From the NCBI GenBank assembly GCA_964016885.1, contig OZ024752.1, positions 23,436,001 through 23,500,000 on the forward strand: DNA of 64,000 nucleotides, given 5' to 3'. Below are positions 60,801 to 64,000 of this stretch, piece by piece; within the stretch, counting starts at the first letter, position 1; each line of letters starts with the position of its first letter. A program made the translations under genes and the position numbers. This stretch comes from Eledone cirrhosa. Taxonomy: Eukaryota. The notes under the pieces are model-generated. The model saw nothing but the letters and a program-made list of their open reading frames with translations, was not told the DNA's origin and ran no database searches.

Positions 60801-63108
60801 GGTGAAATACGGGAAGCGATGTTTGACTGCACGAGGGTAAAATCGCCAGGTTTGGATGGTCTGCCCTACGAGCTTTATGCGTACATGCCAGATTTGTTCG
60901 GTGACCTCTTGGTAGATGTCTACTGCAACTTGCAGCATTCCCAGTTTTGTGAGCCGGGGAGCGGTGGCGCTGTTGAGAAAAGACCCGAACAAGGAGGACG
61001 TTATAGCCGACTTCAGGCCCATAACTCTGTTAAACGCAGATTTCAGGTGATAGCAATGAGATTGGCGCTTGCCGTCGGTGGTCTTGTGGGATAGGCGCAG
61101 ACATGCGTCACTCCAAACAGATCCATCCACAACAACCTCCACCTCATGCGATACATCATAGAGAGGGTGGTTAAGGAACCTGGCACGGGTGAGGCCCTGA
61201 TCAACCCGGATCAATCTAAGGCATTTGATAGGGTAGAAAATCAGTACCTGGCGGCGATCCTCGAGGCGGCCGGCTTCGGGCCCATTTTCAGGGGTAGGAT
61301 CGCTGCGATGCACAGCGACATCTGCTCAGTTGTGAGGGTGAACGGTCATCCGTCACAGCCGTTCGGCATCATGTGCTCGGTCCGCCAGGGTTGTACGTAT
61401 TGACCCTCGAGCCGTTACTGCACAAATTGGAGGCAATGAACTGGGATGTAGGATGAAATGGGATGTGGAAGATCCGTATCGGCTTACGCCGACGACGTCA
61501 CCGTGGTAGTGTCAAGCACCGGACATGTCCAGATGCTCCTTACCGCTCTCAAGGAATATGAAGCAGTGACAGGAGCAAAGTTAAACCAGGAAAAGTCGGT
61601 GGGCTTGCAGCTCGGAACCTGGAGCGGCAAGTCCATGCCATCCGACAGCGTCGTCGGGCGCTGGACGGAAGGACCAGTTAAATTGCTTGGGGTCTGGTTC
61701 GGTCTGGACCTCCAGATGGAGAAAAACTGGAACGAGCTGACCAGTAGAGTGGCCTCTCTCACCCAGAAACGGGCCGAAAAGAACCTATACCTGAAAGGTC
61801 GGGCAGAGGTGGCGAATGCGTTCATCTCATTCGTCATCTGCTACTGCCTAACTGTTGTGCCTTGCCCCGGCCTAACTCTAACAAAAATGGAGCGCCTCCT
61901 CTTCCGCTTTTTATGGAAGGGGCGTGCTCCCGTGGTCAGACGATCCATCTGCTGTCAGCATCCGTTCCGTGGAGGACTGGGCATGCCGTGGCTGATAATG
62001 CACAAACACGTGCTGAGACTGACATCGCTGGTGCTTCCTAGACGTTGAACAGGTGTGGTCGCCGTTTGCCAGACGTGTTTTCCCCCAGCTCGTCTCATTA
62101 ACGGAGCTGCAGTCCTGGATCAGGAGAAGACCGAAGGATAGCGCTTGGAAGCTGGAATGTCTCCAAGCACTCACAGCCTTCTACTAGCTGGGCACTAGTA
62201 TTGGTGGAACATTCACCTCGGCGTTCTATAGAGGACTAGTGGAGGGGAAGAGCGACGACGTTTTCGGGGAGACCCTGGGAGTCGGAGACGATCAGCTGTT
62301 CGCTCTCTTCAAGAGAACTTTCTGCCCGGGGCCTATGGACAACTTCCAGAAATCCCTGGCCTGGCAGTGCTACCGGGGAGCGTTGCCGGTTCGAGATAAG
62401 CTTTACAGGCACGGAAGTGCCGTCAGCCGAACCTGTCCGAGATGCGCGCAGGGTGACGAAACCATCCTGCACGCACTCCTTCAGAGCTCCGAGAATTGCT
62501 GACTTGTGGAGCTACGTCGAATAGTTGCTCTCACGTGTAGGGCGGATCCAGTTATCGACTGAGTCCATTGTGCAGATAGCCCCACCGTCCTCCTTTAAGG
62601 AGGAGGAAGGACAGGCAGTTTTCATCTGCCTGGTGGCCATGGTGAAAGAGATTGTATGGTAGACAAGTTTGAAAGGATTGAAGACGGACATTTTCTTCTT
62701 CGGCAAATCCCCGATTAACTTTTTTAAATTTCACTTGAAGAGGAAAATCAGAGTGGAGAGGCAAGTACTGTCTTCTAGTAAGTTTTTTGAAAGGTGGGTG
62801 AAAGTGGCGAGTCTGGCCCGATTGAACGGGCCCGTTCTGAGTATGCGCCTGTGGACTGATAAGTGGGAGAACTGAGAGAGGGCGCTTGCCCTGGTGGTCA
62901 GGGTGGCCGTCGGAGTGACCCTCGGAGGTTTCCCCCCTTTTAGGGGAATTTTTGTTGTTTGAATTTTTTAAAATTTGTTTTTGCACATTTCTATCCTCTT
63001 GTTACAACCTTTTTACACGGCCAAATCGCACTTTGTATCGTCCTGTACCGTTCTGTGCCGTCTGTAATGTTTTTCTTCATGTTTGCCCTTGTGGCCAATA
63101 AAGAAACA
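57813..63108 (+). mobile_element. Tx1-like element (Tx1-c, related to Tx1-a), old and degenerate, near full-length
   Basis: ORF1 remnants (CYLCGSKGHLRAFC; ends 59495), ORF2 remnants from 59528 (ISETR, YWKLD, AYADD), 3' UTR ending AATAAAGAAACA then (ATT)n at 63109..63140. Confidence 0.87.
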
Positions 63109-63163
63109 ATTATTATTATTATTATTATTATTATTATAATTAGTTTATATATATATATAAAAT

Positions 63164-63286
63164 AATTGTTTCTACTTTTGGCACAAGGCCAGCAAATAAC
63201 CAGTGAATTACTGGTACTTTATTTTATCGACCACGTATGGATGAAAGGCAAAGTTAACCTCGGGGCGGGGGGGGGGGTTGAACTCA
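63164..63286 (-). mobile_element. SINE, 5'-truncated
   Basis: Reverse complement of the SINE body and tail. Confidence 0.82.
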
Positions 63287-63321
63287 TATATATATATATA
63301 TAAAATAATAATAATAATAAT

Positions 63322-64000
63322 GTTTTCTTTATTAACCACGAGGGTTGACATAAAGTATAACATTAAGGACAGCACAGGATCGTACAGGACGGTACAAATG
63401 GGCGTGTAAAGAAAAAGCAAACAAAAGGAATGAAAAAAATAGAAACAAAGGAAAATTCCCCAATAGGGGGAGAATTCCGAGGGCCACTCGTGGAGAAATC
63501 CCATTAAAAAAGCCACGGTGACCCTGACCACCAGGGAAAGTTCTCTCTCCCACTTTTCCACATTCAATTTACAGGCGCATATTCAGAGCAGGCCCATTCA
63601 CTCGGGCCATGCTTGCTCTCTCACCCATCTTTCAACAAAATGCTGGGAAGAGAGCACTTCCCTCTCTACCCTGATTTTCCTTTTCAAATGAAATATGAAA
63701 AAGTTAATCAGGGCATTACCGAAGCATTAGCTCGTCTTCAGCCCTTTTCAAACGCGTCCACCACACGATCTCGTTCGCCATGACCACCAGACAGATAAAA
63801 ACTGCATGCCCTTCCTGGCTAAAGGAAGGCGACGGGGCAATCCTCACGATGAACTTAGGTGATAGCCGGATCCGTCCTACACGCGACAGCAGTTGTTCGA
63901 CATAAACCCACAAGTCAGCAATGCTCGGACACAGGAACAGTGCGTGCAGGACGGTTTGGTCACCCTGCACGCATCTCGGACAGGCCCGGCTGGCGGCACT
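63322..64000 (-). mobile_element. Tx1-like element 3' part (Tx1-d, close to Tx1-a), continues beyond the right edge
   Basis: Minus strand encodes the ORF2 C-terminus (CPRC..QTVLHALFLCPSIADLW). 3' UTR similar to 10962..11204. (ATT)n tail on the minus strand at 63304..63321. Confidence 0.88.

Overview
Eukaryotic, gene-free, repeat-saturated DNA. The tRNA-type SINE and microsatellite load suggest an octopod cephalopod (inference from recalled SINE similarity, not from a search). Bases 1 to ~33,170 form a continuous array of young non-LTR retrotransposons, each separated by a short (TTA)n tract. Two REL-endonuclease Dong/R4-like families (A and B) always lie on the minus strand, and two APE-endonuclease Tx1-like families plus a SINE lie on the plus strand. 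One family A copy (1130-aa ORF) and one Tx1-like copy (636-aa ORF1 and 1139-aa ORF2) are intact. All Tx1-like tails and the SINE tail end in a covarying stem-loop with a CTTGT loop (CTCGT in one copy) just before (ATT)n, and a similar hairpin recurs in the Tx1 5' UTRs. The right half (33-64 kb) is older debris: Penelope-like elements with minimal hammerhead ribozymes (several sitting in (TA)n), a Chapaev3-like DNA transposon with TIRs and a TAA duplication, many SINE copies (including a perfect 129-bp fold-back), RTE and CR1-like fragments, and two more Tx1-like copies. No host protein-coding gene was recognised. All clade names come from motif recognition by eye, and element boundaries are accurate to a few bases.
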